NCBI GenBank assembly: GCA_026391355.1
Contig: JAPLDH010000010.1
Location: 1-46,654, forward strand
Length of the DNA stretch: 46,654 nucleotides
Source of the DNA: Bacteroidota bacterium
GTDB lineage: Bacteria > Bacteroidota > Bacteroidia > Bacteroidales > FEN-979
Direction of reading: 5' to 3'
Shown in pieces: positions 10,607 through 20,583 of the stretch. Every line of letters starts with the position of its first letter. Position 1 is the first letter of the stretch. The notes under the pieces are model-generated. The model saw only the letters and a list, made by a program, of their open reading frames with translations. It was not told the DNA's origin and ran no database searches. A program made the translations under genes and the position numbers.

Positions 10607-11866
10607 TTATGAATATTGAAATTGTCGCCATAATTCGTAGAAAGGAAGCACCTTTACAATGGTATTATTCAGCTTTATTTCTTCATTTAGAGAGAGATTT
10701 ATTACCCATGCCTCAGCAGGTTGATATTTGTTTATAAAGCTTTGCAAAGACCTTTTAATAAAGGGCTTCTTCAAGGAGGTGAATTTGACTTCAACCGGTA
10801 TTACATCCATCCCTTTATTGATAATAAAATCAACCTCCGTTCCGTCTGTCGTCCTGTAATAGTTGATCCTGAATCCTGTCCATCGGGTTATTTCAGTCAG
10901 AATATTAAAGACCAGGTTTTGGAAGAGAAACCCGAATTGTTCGGGATGCCGCAGATTTCCAAAGAGACCCACCGAAAAGTTCCGTAATCCGGGATCATAA
11001 AAATAAACCACAGGAGCCTTGGTGAGTTCTTTTGTACTATTTTTATAAAAAGGTAGAACGACCTGAATAATGAAGGTTTTTTCTGCATACCAGATGTAAT
11101 TTTTCAAGGTTGGATAGGACAACCCCGACTGGGTACCCAGTTCAGTAAAATTCAACGGATAACCGCTTTGCACTGCGAGTAAATTAAGCAAGCGGGTAAA
11201 TGCTTCAGGCCGCTCCACCCGTAAGAGATTCATAATGTCCCGGCTGATATAACTCTGGTAAATTTCATGCATCTCCTTCAGTCGTTCCTCCTTGTTGCCG
11301 GTAGTGACTATCCGGGGATATCCTCCGTAATTGAGGTATTCTTCAAGAAGGAATTTTCCTTTCATTGTTTCTATCCCTAAAAATTCTTCTACATTTCCGC
11401 TATACTTGTAGCTTGTATTAAAATCAACATACTCTCTGAAACTGACCGGAAGCAATTCAAAAAGCCGTTTTCGACCAACCAGCGATTCATGAATCCTCTC
11501 CTTCAGTTCAAGACTGCCTGAACCCGAAACAATCAATTTATAAGGAAGTTGCAGATCATAAATCCCTTTTAAAAACAATCCTGCATTTTGCCGCCGTTGG
11601 ATTTCATCAATAAAAACATATCCTCCTTCTTTCCCGATCTCAAGCCGGATCTTGTTGATCAATGCTTCCTGGGAAGAAAAATAAAAAAAATCGGTTTCGT
11701 AATCGAGATTCAGAAAAAGAGTTTTCTCTCCCCTTTTTTCCAGTTCATCTTTTAACTGTTTCATAAGGGTAGTTTTTCCAACCTGTCTCGGTCCGGTAAT
11801 AATTGTTATTTCCCGATTGTAAAGGTGATCCCTGATTTCTGGCAATAAACTTCTTTGAATGGCCAT
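10607..11866 (-). CDS. AAA-family ATPase with a C-terminal DUF4143 domain.
   Basis: Walker A is ITGPRQVGKTTL and Walker B is YVFIDEIQ. The GSGSLELKERIHESLVGRKRLFELLPVSFRE motif is typical of the AAA_14/DUF4143 family. A candidate -7 box TATATTTG lies on the minus strand at 11892-11899. Confidence 0.85.
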   Translation of the reverse strand: MAIQRSLLPEIRDHLYNREITIITGPRQVGKTTLMKQLKDELEKRGEKTLFLNLDYETDFFYFSSQEALINKIRLEIGKEGGYVFIDEIQRRQNAGLFLKGIYDLQLPYKLIVSGSGSLELKERIHESLVGRKRLFELLPVSFREYVDFNTSYKYSGNVEEFLGIETMKGKFLLEEYLNYGGYPRIVTTGNKEERLKEMHEIYQSYISRDIMNLLRVERPEAFTRLLNLLAVQSGYPLNFTELGTQSGLSYPTLKNYIWYAEKTFIIQVVLPFYKNSTKELTKAPVVYFYDPGLRNFSVGLFGNLRHPEQFGFLFQNLVFNILTEITRWTGFRINYYRTTDGTEVDFIINKGMDVIPVEVKFTSLKKPFIKRSLQSFINKYQPAEAWVINLSLNEEIKLNNTIVKVLPFYELWRQFQYS

Positions 11867-11970
11867 AACAATATGTCGGTTTTTATTTATGCAAATATAA
11901 GAACTAACCGGGCTTATTCATAAATAAAAATTTTCCTACATATTAAAGAGAGGGGGGCAGGGGGGTGAGT

Positions 11971-13728
11971 TTATCTCTCCACGGGCATGATCCTGATCTT
12001 CTGCCCGGGTTGGATGCGTTGCGCATTTTGGATATTGTTCAGTTTTTTAATTTGGGATACGGTTGCCCCGTCGAATTTCTCGGCAATCCCCCATAGGTTA
12101 TCACCTGGCTGAACAGTATAGTAAAGATAACGTTCATCGGAATCAACATTTTTCCTGGAAGGTCTGGCAACTGTTTTTGCCGGTTGATTATTACTATTTT
12201 CCGTTGTTTCCACCGGTGCCGTTACTTTGAGCTTTTGCCCGACAAATATGGTCATTCCATCCAGATTATTCCACCTGATAAGATCATTGGCAGTGCATTT
12301 ATTATCTTCTGCAATTTTTGTAAGATTTTCCCCTGCCAGAACCATATGAAAGTTTGGATTGTCAGCTGTTATGATGGTTGAATCTGCTTTTAATTTTATA
12401 TTGGAATCGGCAGTCAGTGAAGCCAGAGTAGTACTTCTTTCCGGCACTTTTTTACGCGTTCCGCAATAAACCAGAAGATGCTGCCGGGGCTTTACATAGT
12501 TTCTTTTCAATCCGTTGAGGTATTTCAGTTCCTGGGTTGTCATGTGAAACTTTTTCGCAATCCCGGCAAGGGTTTCACCACTTTTCACTTTGTAATCCGT
12601 GGTCTCCCAGCTATTGATCACTGCTGCCGCAATGAGGGAATCCCGTGTCATTCCTTTTTTTGTTCGGTAAGCGTACAAAGCGTTTTCATTATTTACGAAA
12701 TCTCCGATATATTTTTTCCGTAAACGGAGACAATATGGATTTTGGGAGGTAGCAGGAATAACGCCTTGCTTGAAAGTGGGGTTAAGAAATTGCAGTTCAT
12801 CCATGGGAACATGAAGCATTTCTGAAATCTGGCCGAAACTGAGCGGATTTTTCACCATCACAGTATCAATCTCATAAAAAAGGACTCCGGGGTCAACCGG
12901 GGTGATCTTGTGTTCAGAAGCATAAGTGAGAACATAACTGGCTGCAATAAATGCCGGGACATAGGAGCGGGTCTCCCTTGGGAGATAACGCTGTATAATC
13001 CAGAAATTCTTGGCTCCGCCGGCCCTTCGTATTGCTTTATTCACATTACCGGCGCCTGAATTATAGGCCGCCAGCACAAGTGACCAGTTACCATAAATAT
13101 TGTACAGATCGTTGAGATGTTCACAAGCTGCAATGGTAGATTTTATAGGGTCATAACGGTCATCCACATAAGAGGATATTTTCAGGCTGTACACTTTCCC
13201 TGTTCCATACATAAACTGCCACAATCCTTTTGCTCCCGCGCGAGAGTTGGCATTCGGGATCAATGCGGATTCAATAACCGCAAGGTATTTCAATTCAAGC
13301 GGCATGTTGAACCGGTCGAGCTGTTCCTCAAACAAAGGAAAATAGATCTGCGACAAACCCAGGATACGCGCTGTCAGCGCTCTTCTTCTAAAAGCATAAA
13401 GATCAATGAACTTCCTTACATCCGTATTATAAACATATTCAAAAGGAGACTGTATACTCATTTGGGTAATCCTGGCCCGGTACACGGAGTCGGGGAAAGA
13501 GGGAATAGCATCTTCCGGAATGGATGATCCCGATTGCCCGGAATTCAGGAAGGTCGTATTATATAATACCTTCAGATTGGCAAGACTGTCGAGCATGGAA
13601 ACGACAGGGTCATCTTCCACCATAATTGTTTTCCTGGAAGTTGAATCTGATTTAATGGTATCCTGCGCAAATAACAGAAATGGGGAAATACTGATCAAGA
13701 AAAGAGACAGGAGTTTTTTTAGAATCAT
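11971..13728 (-). CDS. mltD: Membrane-bound lytic murein transglycosylase (MltD-like). It has an SLT catalytic domain plus three C-terminal LysM domains.
   Basis: There is a signal peptide. The SLT motifs (GLWQFMYGTGKVY, AYNSGAGNV) are present. The three LysM repeats are YKVKSGETLAGIAKKF, HMVLAGENLTKIAED and YTVQPGDNLWGIAEKF. Confidence 0.85.
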   Translation of the reverse strand: MILKKLLSLFLISISPFLLFAQDTIKSDSTSRKTIMVEDDPVVSMLDSLANLKVLYNTTFLNSGQSGSSIPEDAIPSFPDSVYRARITQMSIQSPFEYVYNTDVRKFIDLYAFRRRALTARILGLSQIYFPLFEEQLDRFNMPLELKYLAVIESALIPNANSRAGAKGLWQFMYGTGKVYSLKISSYVDDRYDPIKSTIAACEHLNDLYNIYGNWSLVLAAYNSGAGNVNKAIRRAGGAKNFWIIQRYLPRETRSYVPAFIAASYVLTYASEHKITPVDPGVLFYEIDTVMVKNPLSFGQISEMLHVPMDELQFLNPTFKQGVIPATSQNPYCLRLRKKYIGDFVNNENALYAYRTKKGMTRDSLIAAAVINSWETTDYKVKSGETLAGIAKKFHMTTQELKYLNGLKRNYVKPRQHLLVYCGTRKKVPERSTTLASLTADSNIKLKADSTIITADNPNFHMVLAGENLTKIAEDNKCTANDLIRWNNLDGMTIFVGQKLKVTAPVETTENSNNQPAKTVARPSRKNVDSDERYLYYTVQPGDNLWGIAEKFDGATVSQIKKLNNIQNAQRIQPGQKIRIMPVER

Positions 13729-13814
13729 GCGGTTTTCTTCAATAAAAACTTGGTTAAGAATATTATCCGGAAATCCTCTCCAATCCGGCCCGTCAAAGGT
13801 AACGTTTTTAACCT

Positions 13815-14696
13815 TTAAAAATTTTCTACGTGAATGTTGATTTCTGCATTTCTGAATTGATCCTTAATATCCTTCTCTATCGTGTCGCACAGGGAATGAG
13901 CGCTTTTTACATTCATATCTTCCGGAAGGTTAAGGTGAAAATCAATATACCGGTAATTGCCTGCTTTCCGTGTCCGAAGATCATGATAGCTGACAGTGGC
14001 AGAACAATATTTATCAATCAGTCTTTTGATCTGCTCCACATCTTCTCTGGGCAGGGATTCATCAAGCAGCGGAGAATAGGCTTTTTTAAAAAGGACAAAG
14101 GATTCCTTCAGGATCAGTAAAGCAACGAATATCGCGATCAAAGGGTCAATATAAAAGAGCAATGCGGATTTACTAATCATTTGTCCTATCATCATAAGTA
14201 ACAAGCCGATCGCCACACCAAGAGAAGTATATACATCGGTTTTCAGGTGAAGGGCATCGGCTTCCAGTGCAACTGAATCGGTCTCCTTAGCTACTTTGTA
14301 AAGCTTGCGGGAAACAAAGAAATTGATCAGGGCGGAAACCCCCATGACGATAATTCCAAATCCGGGGGATGTAACTTCTGTCGGTCGCAAAAATTTATGT
14401 CCCGATTCATAAATGATCCAGGCAGCGGCAAGAAAGATCAGAAACGCTTCGATCACACCCGAAATATTCTCGAATTTTCCATGTCCGTAAGGATGCCGTT
14501 CATCTGCAGGTACATCTGAAATCCTGACAGAGAAGAAGGCTATGATGGAAGCCAGGAGATCCATTAAGGAATGGATAGCTTCTGAGAGAATACTCACTGC
14601 TCCGCTGAATATTCCTATCAGTACTTTGAGAATGATAAGAATGGAATTTGAAATGATAGAAATACGGGCTATACTGGTTTTCCTTGTCATATTCAA
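13815..14696 (-). CDS. Cation diffusion facilitator family divalent-metal efflux transporter (FieF/CzcD-like).
   Basis: Six transmembrane helices are predicted. The CDF signature SILSEAIHSLMDLLAS and the HPYGHGKFE motif are present, followed by a C-terminal cytoplasmic domain. Confidence 0.9.
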   Translation of the reverse strand: MNMTRKTSIARISIISNSILIILKVLIGIFSGAVSILSEAIHSLMDLLASIIAFFSVRISDVPADERHPYGHGKFENISGVIEAFLIFLAAAWIIYESGHKFLRPTEVTSPGFGIIVMGVSALINFFVSRKLYKVAKETDSVALEADALHLKTDVYTSLGVAIGLLLMMIGQMISKSALLFYIDPLIAIFVALLILKESFVLFKKAYSPLLDESLPREDVEQIKRLIDKYCSATVSYHDLRTRKAGNYRYIDFHLNLPEDMNVKSAHSLCDTIEKDIKDQFRNAEINIHVENF

Positions 14697-14804
14697 TTTT
14701 TTTCGTGCAAAAATAAGGATTTTAAACCTTGAAGGTTTGGTTCATTCCAGCCACCGGAAACCCGCCCCCATTGCTTTAACCGGCTTGTTGAGGACAGAAA
14801 ATAT

Positions 14805-15041
14805 TTAAATTACCTGACTTTCCTTGTACAAAATTTCTGGGTTAAAATCTGCTTCATTATCCCATTCTATAGTATCAAAGCTTACATGGACAGTATCAAA
14901 CATTGAAATGTCTTGTAATTCTTTAAAAATGCCATTATTAAGGTATGGCTTCATATCAAATTGACGTATCTCTCCATTCTCAAATGTCAAATAAAGTAAA
15001 TAATTCGAGGCGGGTTTCACTTCTTTTATCGATAAATACAT
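14805..15041 (-). CDS. DUF2442 domain protein (78 aa). It is the downstream partner of the DUF4160 gene.
   Basis: The small protein MYLSIKEVKPASNYLLYLTFENGEIRQFDMKPY matches the DUF2442 fold pattern. It sits 36 nt downstream of a DUF4160 gene on the same strand, which is the usual two-gene arrangement. Confidence 0.75.
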   Translation of the reverse strand: MYLSIKEVKPASNYLLYLTFENGEIRQFDMKPYLNNGIFKELQDISMFDTVHVSFDTIEWDNEADFNPEILYKESQVI

Positions 15042-15077
15042 GGTGTCTATTTTAAAGGGTCAATCGCAAAAGGTTTC

Positions 15078-15314
15078 TCACCATTTTGGCATAATTTCCA
15101 ATCGGCAAAGTAATTCCTCTTTATGTATTTCAATCCAAGCCGCGACTAATCTGAATTGTCTCGATGGGATTTGCCCTTCGAGAATTTCACATGTACTAAT
15201 ATCTATGACTGACTTCAAATCTTGATAATACACATGGATATGTGGTGGATTATGTTCTTTGGGAGCATAATACATTTGAATGATAATTCCAAAAAACATT
15301 GATAGAGTTGGCAT
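15078..15314 (-). CDS. DUF4160 domain protein (about 78 aa from the internal Met start).
   Basis: The motif MPTLSMFFGIIIQMYYAPKEHNPPHIHVYY is characteristic of DUF4160. The start was taken at the ATG at 15312-15314 rather than the longer ORF that runs to 15362. Confidence 0.75.
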   Translation of the reverse strand: MPTLSMFFGIIIQMYYAPKEHNPPHIHVYYQDLKSVIDISTCEILEGQIPSRQFRLVAAWIEIHKEELLCRLEIMPKW

Positions 15315-15461
15315 AACCTTGTCTTTTTTTACAAAAGTAATAATTTGATTAGGAAATTGCAAATACTGTTAAGTGACACCGGATGCCTTCTAATTTTTTG
15401 TGTATAGTCGGGTCACGCAGGGGAATTTGGAAAGTGTTCCACAATTAGTTAACTTTGCAAA

Positions 15462-15812
15462 GTGACAGAAAAATTCGTTAGAAACATATTTTACTACAAG
15501 AGTTATTATCTTGACTTCTACGCGACACTAAATCCAGATGTTAAGAAAAAATTCAACTGGACGTTACAACTAATTTCGGAAATAGAGAGTGTTCCTGAAA
15601 AATATTTCTCTCACATGACAGGTTCATCTTGTCTTTTTGAAATAAGGGTTGAGGTTGGTACTAATATTTATCGGGTTTTCAGCTTCTTTGATGAAGGGAA
15701 ACTGGTTGTGTTAGTTAACGGATTTATCAAGAAAACCCAGAAAACTCCAAAGAACGAAATTGAACAAGCGGAAAAACTCAAAAAACAATACTTCGATGAA
15801 AAAGATAAATAA
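15462..15812 (+). CDS. Type II toxin-antitoxin RelE/ParE-superfamily toxin, Gp49/HigB-like (116 aa, GTG start).
   Basis: The segment IYRVFSFFDEGKLVVLVNGFIKKTQKTPKNEIEQAEKLKKQYF matches Gp49-like killer toxins. It sits immediately upstream of, and overlapping, an XRE-HTH gene. Confidence 0.7.
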   Translation: MTEKFVRNIFYYKSYYLDFYATLNPDVKKKFNWTLQLISEIESVPEKYFSHMTGSSCLFEIRVEVGTNIYRVFSFFDEGKLVVLVNGFIKKTQKTPKNEIEQAEKLKKQYFDEKDK

Positions 15813-16101
15813 AAACTTGACATCATTTGCTGATCATCTTGACTCTGAATATGGAAAACGTGGGACTGAAACACGAGAAAAGTATGAAGAAGGATTTGAA
15901 GCATTCAAACTAGGTGTTATGCTCCAGGAACTCAGGAAAGAGCATGGGATGACACAAGAGCAGTTAGCTGAAAAGTGTGGCACCACCAAGACCTATATTT
16001 CCCGTATTGAGAATGATGCCAGCGACATTCGGCTATCAACACTTATGAGAATAATCCGTGAAGGATTTGGAAGACACCTAAGCTTAAATGTCGACCTCTG
16101 A
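15796..16101 (+). CDS. XRE-family helix-turn-helix antitoxin (HigA-like). It is the downstream partner of the Gp49/HigB-like toxin.
   Basis: The helix-turn-helix LQELRKEHGMTQEQLAEKCGTTKTYISRIENDASD is present. The start was taken at MKKINKN (ATG 15796), which overlaps the toxin stop by 17 nt. Confidence 0.7.
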   Translation: MKKINKNLTSFADHLDSEYGKRGTETREKYEEGFEAFKLGVMLQELRKEHGMTQEQLAEKCGTTKTYISRIENDASDIRLSTLMRIIREGFGRHLSLNVDL

Positions 16102-16132
16102 AAATAAAGCACATGGCGGTAACATGCCTGTA

Positions 16133-16170
16133 AAACCAACGCTGCCAGCGGTTTTCTTCTTATTAAAGAG
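16133..16170 (+). terminator. Candidate intrinsic terminator after the toxin-antitoxin pair.
   Basis: The hairpin AAAACCAACGCTGCCAGCGGTTTT is followed by CTTCTT. Confidence 0.35.
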
Positions 16171-16245
16171 AAGAAAAATAAAACATTTGAACAATTCGCT
16201 AATTTTGTATGAAATAACCATTCTGTCACCATTAAACAATACCGG

Positions 16246-18303
16246 ATGAAAAAATTTTATCTGACCCTTTTAATTTTTCTGATTTTCCCCTTCTATGGCA
16301 TTTCACAGGCGGGAACTGATAATATTCCCCAAAAGCTGACCCATTGGCTTTCCCCGGGTGAAGCGCGATTGAAGCACCTGATCGGCATGAATTTCGTGGA
16401 AACTGATCCTCCTGTGGCACCGGTGAGGAATGTTGCCGAGTTCGACAGGATGCAGGGCGCTCTGGTTCGTTACCCTTTCGGCATCCCGTTAACCCTGGTC
16501 AAGGAAATGGCAAATGATCTGATGGTAACAACGATTGTGGCAAATTCTTCCCAGCAAAATACCGTTATTTCGCAATACACGAATGCAGGTGTGAATCTCA
16601 GTAATTGCAATTTCCTGCTTGCTCCTTCCGATTCCTACTGGACGCGTGATTACGGTCCATGGTTTGAATCCGACAGCGCAAACAATATCGGGATTGTCGA
16701 CTTTCCTTATAACAGGCCCCGTCCCAATGATGATGAAATCCCCAAAAAAGTTGCCGATATGCTCGGTATCCCCTGGTTTGGGATGAACGTCATACATACC
16801 GGCGGAAATTATATGACCGATGGAATGGGTATCTCCTCTTCCACAACACTGGTTATTCATGAAAATACAGGGCAGGACACCAACCATATTGTCCAGAAAA
16901 TGCATGATTACCTGGGGATCAATAATTACATTCTGGTGGAGGATCCGAACAATACATATATAGACCACATCGATTGCTGGGGAAAATACCTTGCACCAGA
17001 TAAGATCCTGATCAGAAAGGTTCTTCCATCCAATCCACAATATGATACCTTGGAGATGATGGCGGCCTTCTATACCTCCACGACTTGCTCATACGGATAT
17101 CCATACAGGGTTTTCAGGGTTATGACACCCCAGGGTCAGCCCTATTCCAATTCCGTCATACTGAATAACAAGGTATTGATACCTTTCATGGGTGGCGCAT
17201 ATGATGACAGCGCAATCGCAGCCTACCAGAATGCCATGCCCGGATATCAGATCAAGGGTTTTATCAACACTTCAGCCCCAATCTGGGAATCTACCGATGC
17301 CCTGCATTGTCGTGTGATGGGAATTGCAGATGTTGGCCTGCTCTATATCTGGCATGTACCGATATCCGGGAATCAACCGGCTGAAAATGATTACACGGTG
17401 AATGCATCGCTGATACCCTGCAGCGATTCATCTATCTATAACGATTCTGTCGTTATCTGGTACAAGGTGAATGATGGTCCGTTCATCATGAAACACATGA
17501 CAAATACTTCGGCATATAACTATACAGGCACAATTCCTGCGCAACCGGGGGGCAGCACGGTCAACTATTATTTGTATGCTGCTGATAAATCCGGACGCCA
17601 TGCAACTCAACCCTTTATAGGAGCGGCAGACCCGTTTACCTTCAACACGGTTTACACCGACCTTGCCGCCATTCCGGATACCTTGTGGTTCAAAACATAT
17701 CAGGATTGTACCATCGGAAAGGTTACAACCATACATAACTATACCTCTGCGGCAATAAACCTGACCAATGTTGAAGAAAGCGGCTGGCCTTCATCGGGTG
17801 GTTGTATGTGGTACGTTGACCCGGTACCCGTTACCAATTATCCTTATCTGGTGAATCCCGGAGATTCCTTACAATACAGGGTTAAAATTACCTTTATTAC
17901 CGGGCAGCCCACGATGTCATTTGCGATCGATACCATGCACATTGAAACAGCGATCGGTAATCATCATGTGATCATCATGATCAACGACAGCCTGCTGGTA
18001 GCCATCAAAGACCATCTCCGGAATCAGGAACCGGCAAGTGTAATCTGCTTCCCAAATCCTTTCAGGGAAGAAACAAGGATACTGATCGACCTGAGAACAC
18101 CTAGCCTGATTAATCTTGAAATTTTGGATCTGAACGGTAGCATCATCAGAAATCTCATGAATAGAATCTCGTCATCCAACCATGAGGATATTTCATGGAA
18201 TGGAACAGATGAATCGGGGAACAGGGTTCCGGCTGGAATTTATTTTTGCCGTTTGAAGACAAACGAGCAAACGGTGATAAAACGGCTTGTGAGGATCAGA
18301 TAG
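16246..18303 (+). CDS. Secreted agmatine deiminase / Porphyromonas-type peptidylarginine deiminase (PAD) family enzyme with a T9SS type-A C-terminal sorting domain.
   Basis: The signal peptide is [22 protein letters not shown]. Agmatine-deiminase-family motifs are present ([24 protein letters not shown], catalytic-type His-Cys in [10 protein letters not shown]). The C-terminal roughly 85 aa ([17 protein letters not shown]...[22 protein letters not shown]) matches the T9SS CTD pattern. Confidence 0.8.
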   Translation: MKKFYLTLLIFLIFPFYGISQAGTDNIPQKLTHWLSPGEARLKHLIGMNFVETDPPVAPVRNVAEFDRMQGALVRYPFGIPLTLVKEMANDLMVTTIVANSSQQNTVISQYTNAGVNLSNCNFLLAPSDSYWTRDYGPWFESDSANNIGIVDFPYNRPRPNDDEIPKKVADMLGIPWFGMNVIHTGGNYMTDGMGISSSTTLVIHENTGQDTNHIVQKMHDYLGINNYILVEDPNNTYIDHIDCWGKYLAPDKILIRKVLPSNPQYDTLEMMAAFYTSTTCSYGYPYRVFRVMTPQGQPYSNSVILNNKVLIPFMGGAYDDSAIAAYQNAMPGYQIKGFINTSAPIWESTDALHCRVMGIADVGLLYIWHVPISGNQPAENDYTVNASLIPCSDSSIYNDSVVIWYKVNDGPFIMKHMTNTSAYNYTGTIPAQPGGSTVNYYLYAADKSGRHATQPFIGAADPFTFNTVYTDLAAIPDTLWFKTYQDCTIGKVTTIHNYTSAAINLTNVEESGWPSSGGCMWYVDPVPVTNYPYLVNPGDSLQYRVKITFITGQPTMSFAIDTMHIETAIGNHHVIIMINDSLLVAIKDHLRNQEPASVICFPNPFREETRILIDLRTPSLINLEILDLNGSIIRNLMNRISSSNHEDISWNGTDESGNRVPAGIYFCRLKTNEQTVIKRLVRIR

Positions 18304-19813
18304 ATCTTTTTTCAGGTCGCATCTGCGGAAAAAATAAGACATCCTGGATAGAAGGGGAATTGGTCATGATCATGGTCAAGCGATCGATTCCTATACCTAT
18401 CCCGGCAGTGGGGGGCATCCCGAATTCCAGGGCACGGAGAAAATCCTCATCCAGCATCATTGACTCCATATCGCCACGTTTTCCCAGTTCCAGTTGCGTT
18501 TCGAAGCGTTGCCGCTGATCGATCGGGTCGTTGAGTTCAGAGAATGCATTACAGATCTCCTTGCTATTGCAAATGGCTTCAAATCGCTCCACAAGGCCTT
18601 CATGAGTGCGGTGTTTTTTGGCCAGGGGCGACATCTCAATGGGATAATCGGTGATAAAGGTCGGCTGTACCAGGTTTGGTTCGCACTTTTCCCCGAAGAT
18701 CTGATCTATCAGCTTGCCTTTACCCATCGTAGGATCAACAGGAACTTCGAGTTTTCGGGCAATTGCAACCAGTTCTTCTTCCGTTTTACCCGAAATATCG
18801 ATCCCGGTATAATGCCGGATCACCTCATACATGGTATAACGTTTCCAGGGTCGTTTAAAGTCGATGATATTCTCCCCTGCCTTCACTTCTGTTTTGCCAT
18901 GCAGGGCAATGGCGATCCGTTCCACCATCTCCTCTGTAAGTTGCATCATCCATTCATAATCCTTATAGGCAACGTAGAGTTCCATCTGGGTAAATTCAGG
19001 ATTGTGAAACCGGTCCATCCCTTCGTTCCTGAAATCCTTGGAAAACTCATATACCCCGTCATACCCTCCTACAATCAACCGTTTCAGGTACAGTTCATTG
19101 GCAATCCTTAAGTAGAGGGTCTGATCCAGCGTATTATGAAAGGTGGTGAAAGGACGTGCGGCAGCTCCTCCGTATAATGGCTGGAGAACAGGTGTTTCAA
19201 CCTCAAGGTATCTCTTTTCGTTGAGAAATGAGCGCATTGTATTGACCAGGAGGGCTCTTTTTACGAAAACCTCCTGCACTTCCGGATTGACGATCAGGTC
19301 GACATACCGCTGGCGATAACGCTGTTCAGGATCGGTGAATGCATCGTAAACCACATCTGACTTTTCTTTTACGATTGGCAAGGGACGCAATGACTTACAA
19401 AGAAGTTTCAATGATTTTGCATGAATGGTAATCTCTCCCATCTGTGTAACAAACACGAATCCGGTAATACCGACGATATCGCCGATGTCCATCAGCTTTT
19501 TAAAAACAGTATTATACAGGGTTTTATCCTCCCCTGCACAAAGATCATCCCGTTTCAGGTAAAGCTGGATCCGTCCGGTGGAATCCTGTATCTCAACAAA
19601 TGATGCAGCACCCATGATCCTGCGTGTCATAATTCTGCCGGCAATACTAACTTCCTGATAAAGGCTATTATCCTTTAAAAAATTCTCTTTTATTTCGGCA
19701 GCAGTTACATTGACTTCAAACCCTTCTGCCGGATAGGGATCTATTCCCATCCTGATCAGCTCATTCAATGAATTGCGGCGAATGACCTCCTGTTCCGTAA
19801 ACTCTTGTCGCAT
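18296..19813 (-). CDS. lysS: Lysine--tRNA ligase (class II).
   Basis: An N-terminal OB anticodon-binding domain is followed by a class II catalytic core with motifs 1-3 (e.g. [32 protein letters not shown]). The ORF is full length at 505 aa. Confidence 0.95.
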   Translation of the reverse strand: MRQEFTEQEVIRRNSLNELIRMGIDPYPAEGFEVNVTAAEIKENFLKDNSLYQEVSIAGRIMTRRIMGAASFVEIQDSTGRIQLYLKRDDLCAGEDKTLYNTVFKKLMDIGDIVGITGFVFVTQMGEITIHAKSLKLLCKSLRPLPIVKEKSDVVYDAFTDPEQRYRQRYVDLIVNPEVQEVFVKRALLVNTMRSFLNEKRYLEVETPVLQPLYGGAAARPFTTFHNTLDQTLYLRIANELYLKRLIVGGYDGVYEFSKDFRNEGMDRFHNPEFTQMELYVAYKDYEWMMQLTEEMVERIAIALHGKTEVKAGENIIDFKRPWKRYTMYEVIRHYTGIDISGKTEEELVAIARKLEVPVDPTMGKGKLIDQIFGEKCEPNLVQPTFITDYPIEMSPLAKKHRTHEGLVERFEAICNSKEICNAFSELNDPIDQRQRFETQLELGKRGDMESMMLDEDFLRALEFGMPPTAGIGIGIDRLTMIMTNSPSIQDVLFFPQMRPEKRSI

Positions 19814-19857
19814 AAAAATAAATTTCGGTAAAGATACGGAAAAGAATCGTCAGGACT

Positions 19858-20583
19858 TTACTCCAGTATGGTTTGCAGGATATGGTGAGACCGGAGTCCG
19901 GTAAACCCTGGCAGATGGATAATATAAAAAGTAAGGATCTTGTCGAGAAGCCGGTTCCGGGTATCCCTTGAATATGTTAAGGAAGTGAGTCCGGAAGAGG
20001 AGATCTTCATTAACTGAGAAAATAACCTGGTTTCGGTTTCATCCATATATTCCGGGTGCAAGGGAATACTCTCCTGGAAGGTACCATCATGCAAATTGAA
20101 CCATTTATTCCTTTCCGATAAATTCATATGTGGCATAAATCCCAGGTAAGCAGTCAGATGAACAGAGAACCAGAGATGAAAGTAAGCCACGGGAGTCGTC
20201 ATCGTATCGAGAATTATGCAGGCATTCCAGAGAAAGTCGAACAATGCCTCATTTTTTTCTTCTTCCCTGATGGATTTAAATATCAGTTCATCAATAAACA
20301 AGGCAACAGAACTTTTGTTTATGTCGAATGGAACTGATTTATAAGGGAAAGCGCTTTGAATCTCTTTTATTGTCTGGAGAGAACTTTTTTCCTTGTGATA
20401 AACGACCAGATCATTAAGGCCAAGGGGTTGAAAAAGGCCGGTTCTGATCTTTGATTTGCGGCTCCTGATCCCTTTAACCATATAGGATTGAAGCCCGAAT
20501 GTTTCGGTATAGATCTTTGCTATCAGGCTTGTTTCAGAGTATTTGACCGTATGCAGGATAATACCCCTTGTGCTGTAAAGCAT
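19858..20583 (-). CDS. recO: DNA repair protein RecO.
   Basis: The N-terminal OB fold (GIILHTVKYSETSLIAKIYTETFGLQSYMVKG) and overall length and architecture match RecO. Confidence 0.9.
   Translation of the reverse strand: MLYSTRGIILHTVKYSETSLIAKIYTETFGLQSYMVKGIRSRKSKIRTGLFQPLGLNDLVVYHKEKSSLQTIKEIQSAFPYKSVPFDINKSSVALFIDELIFKSIREEEKNEALFDFLWNACIILDTMTTPVAYFHLWFSVHLTAYLGFMPHMNLSERNKWFNLHDGTFQESIPLHPEYMDETETRLFSQLMKISSSGLTSLTYSRDTRNRLLDKILTFYIIHLPGFTGLRSHHILQTILE

Noticed and set aside
16489-19111. ORFs 16489-17040 (-), 17428-17736 (-) and 18494-19111 (+) are antisense to the PAD-family gene and lysS.
   Set aside because: They are nested opposite well-supported genes and have no motifs.
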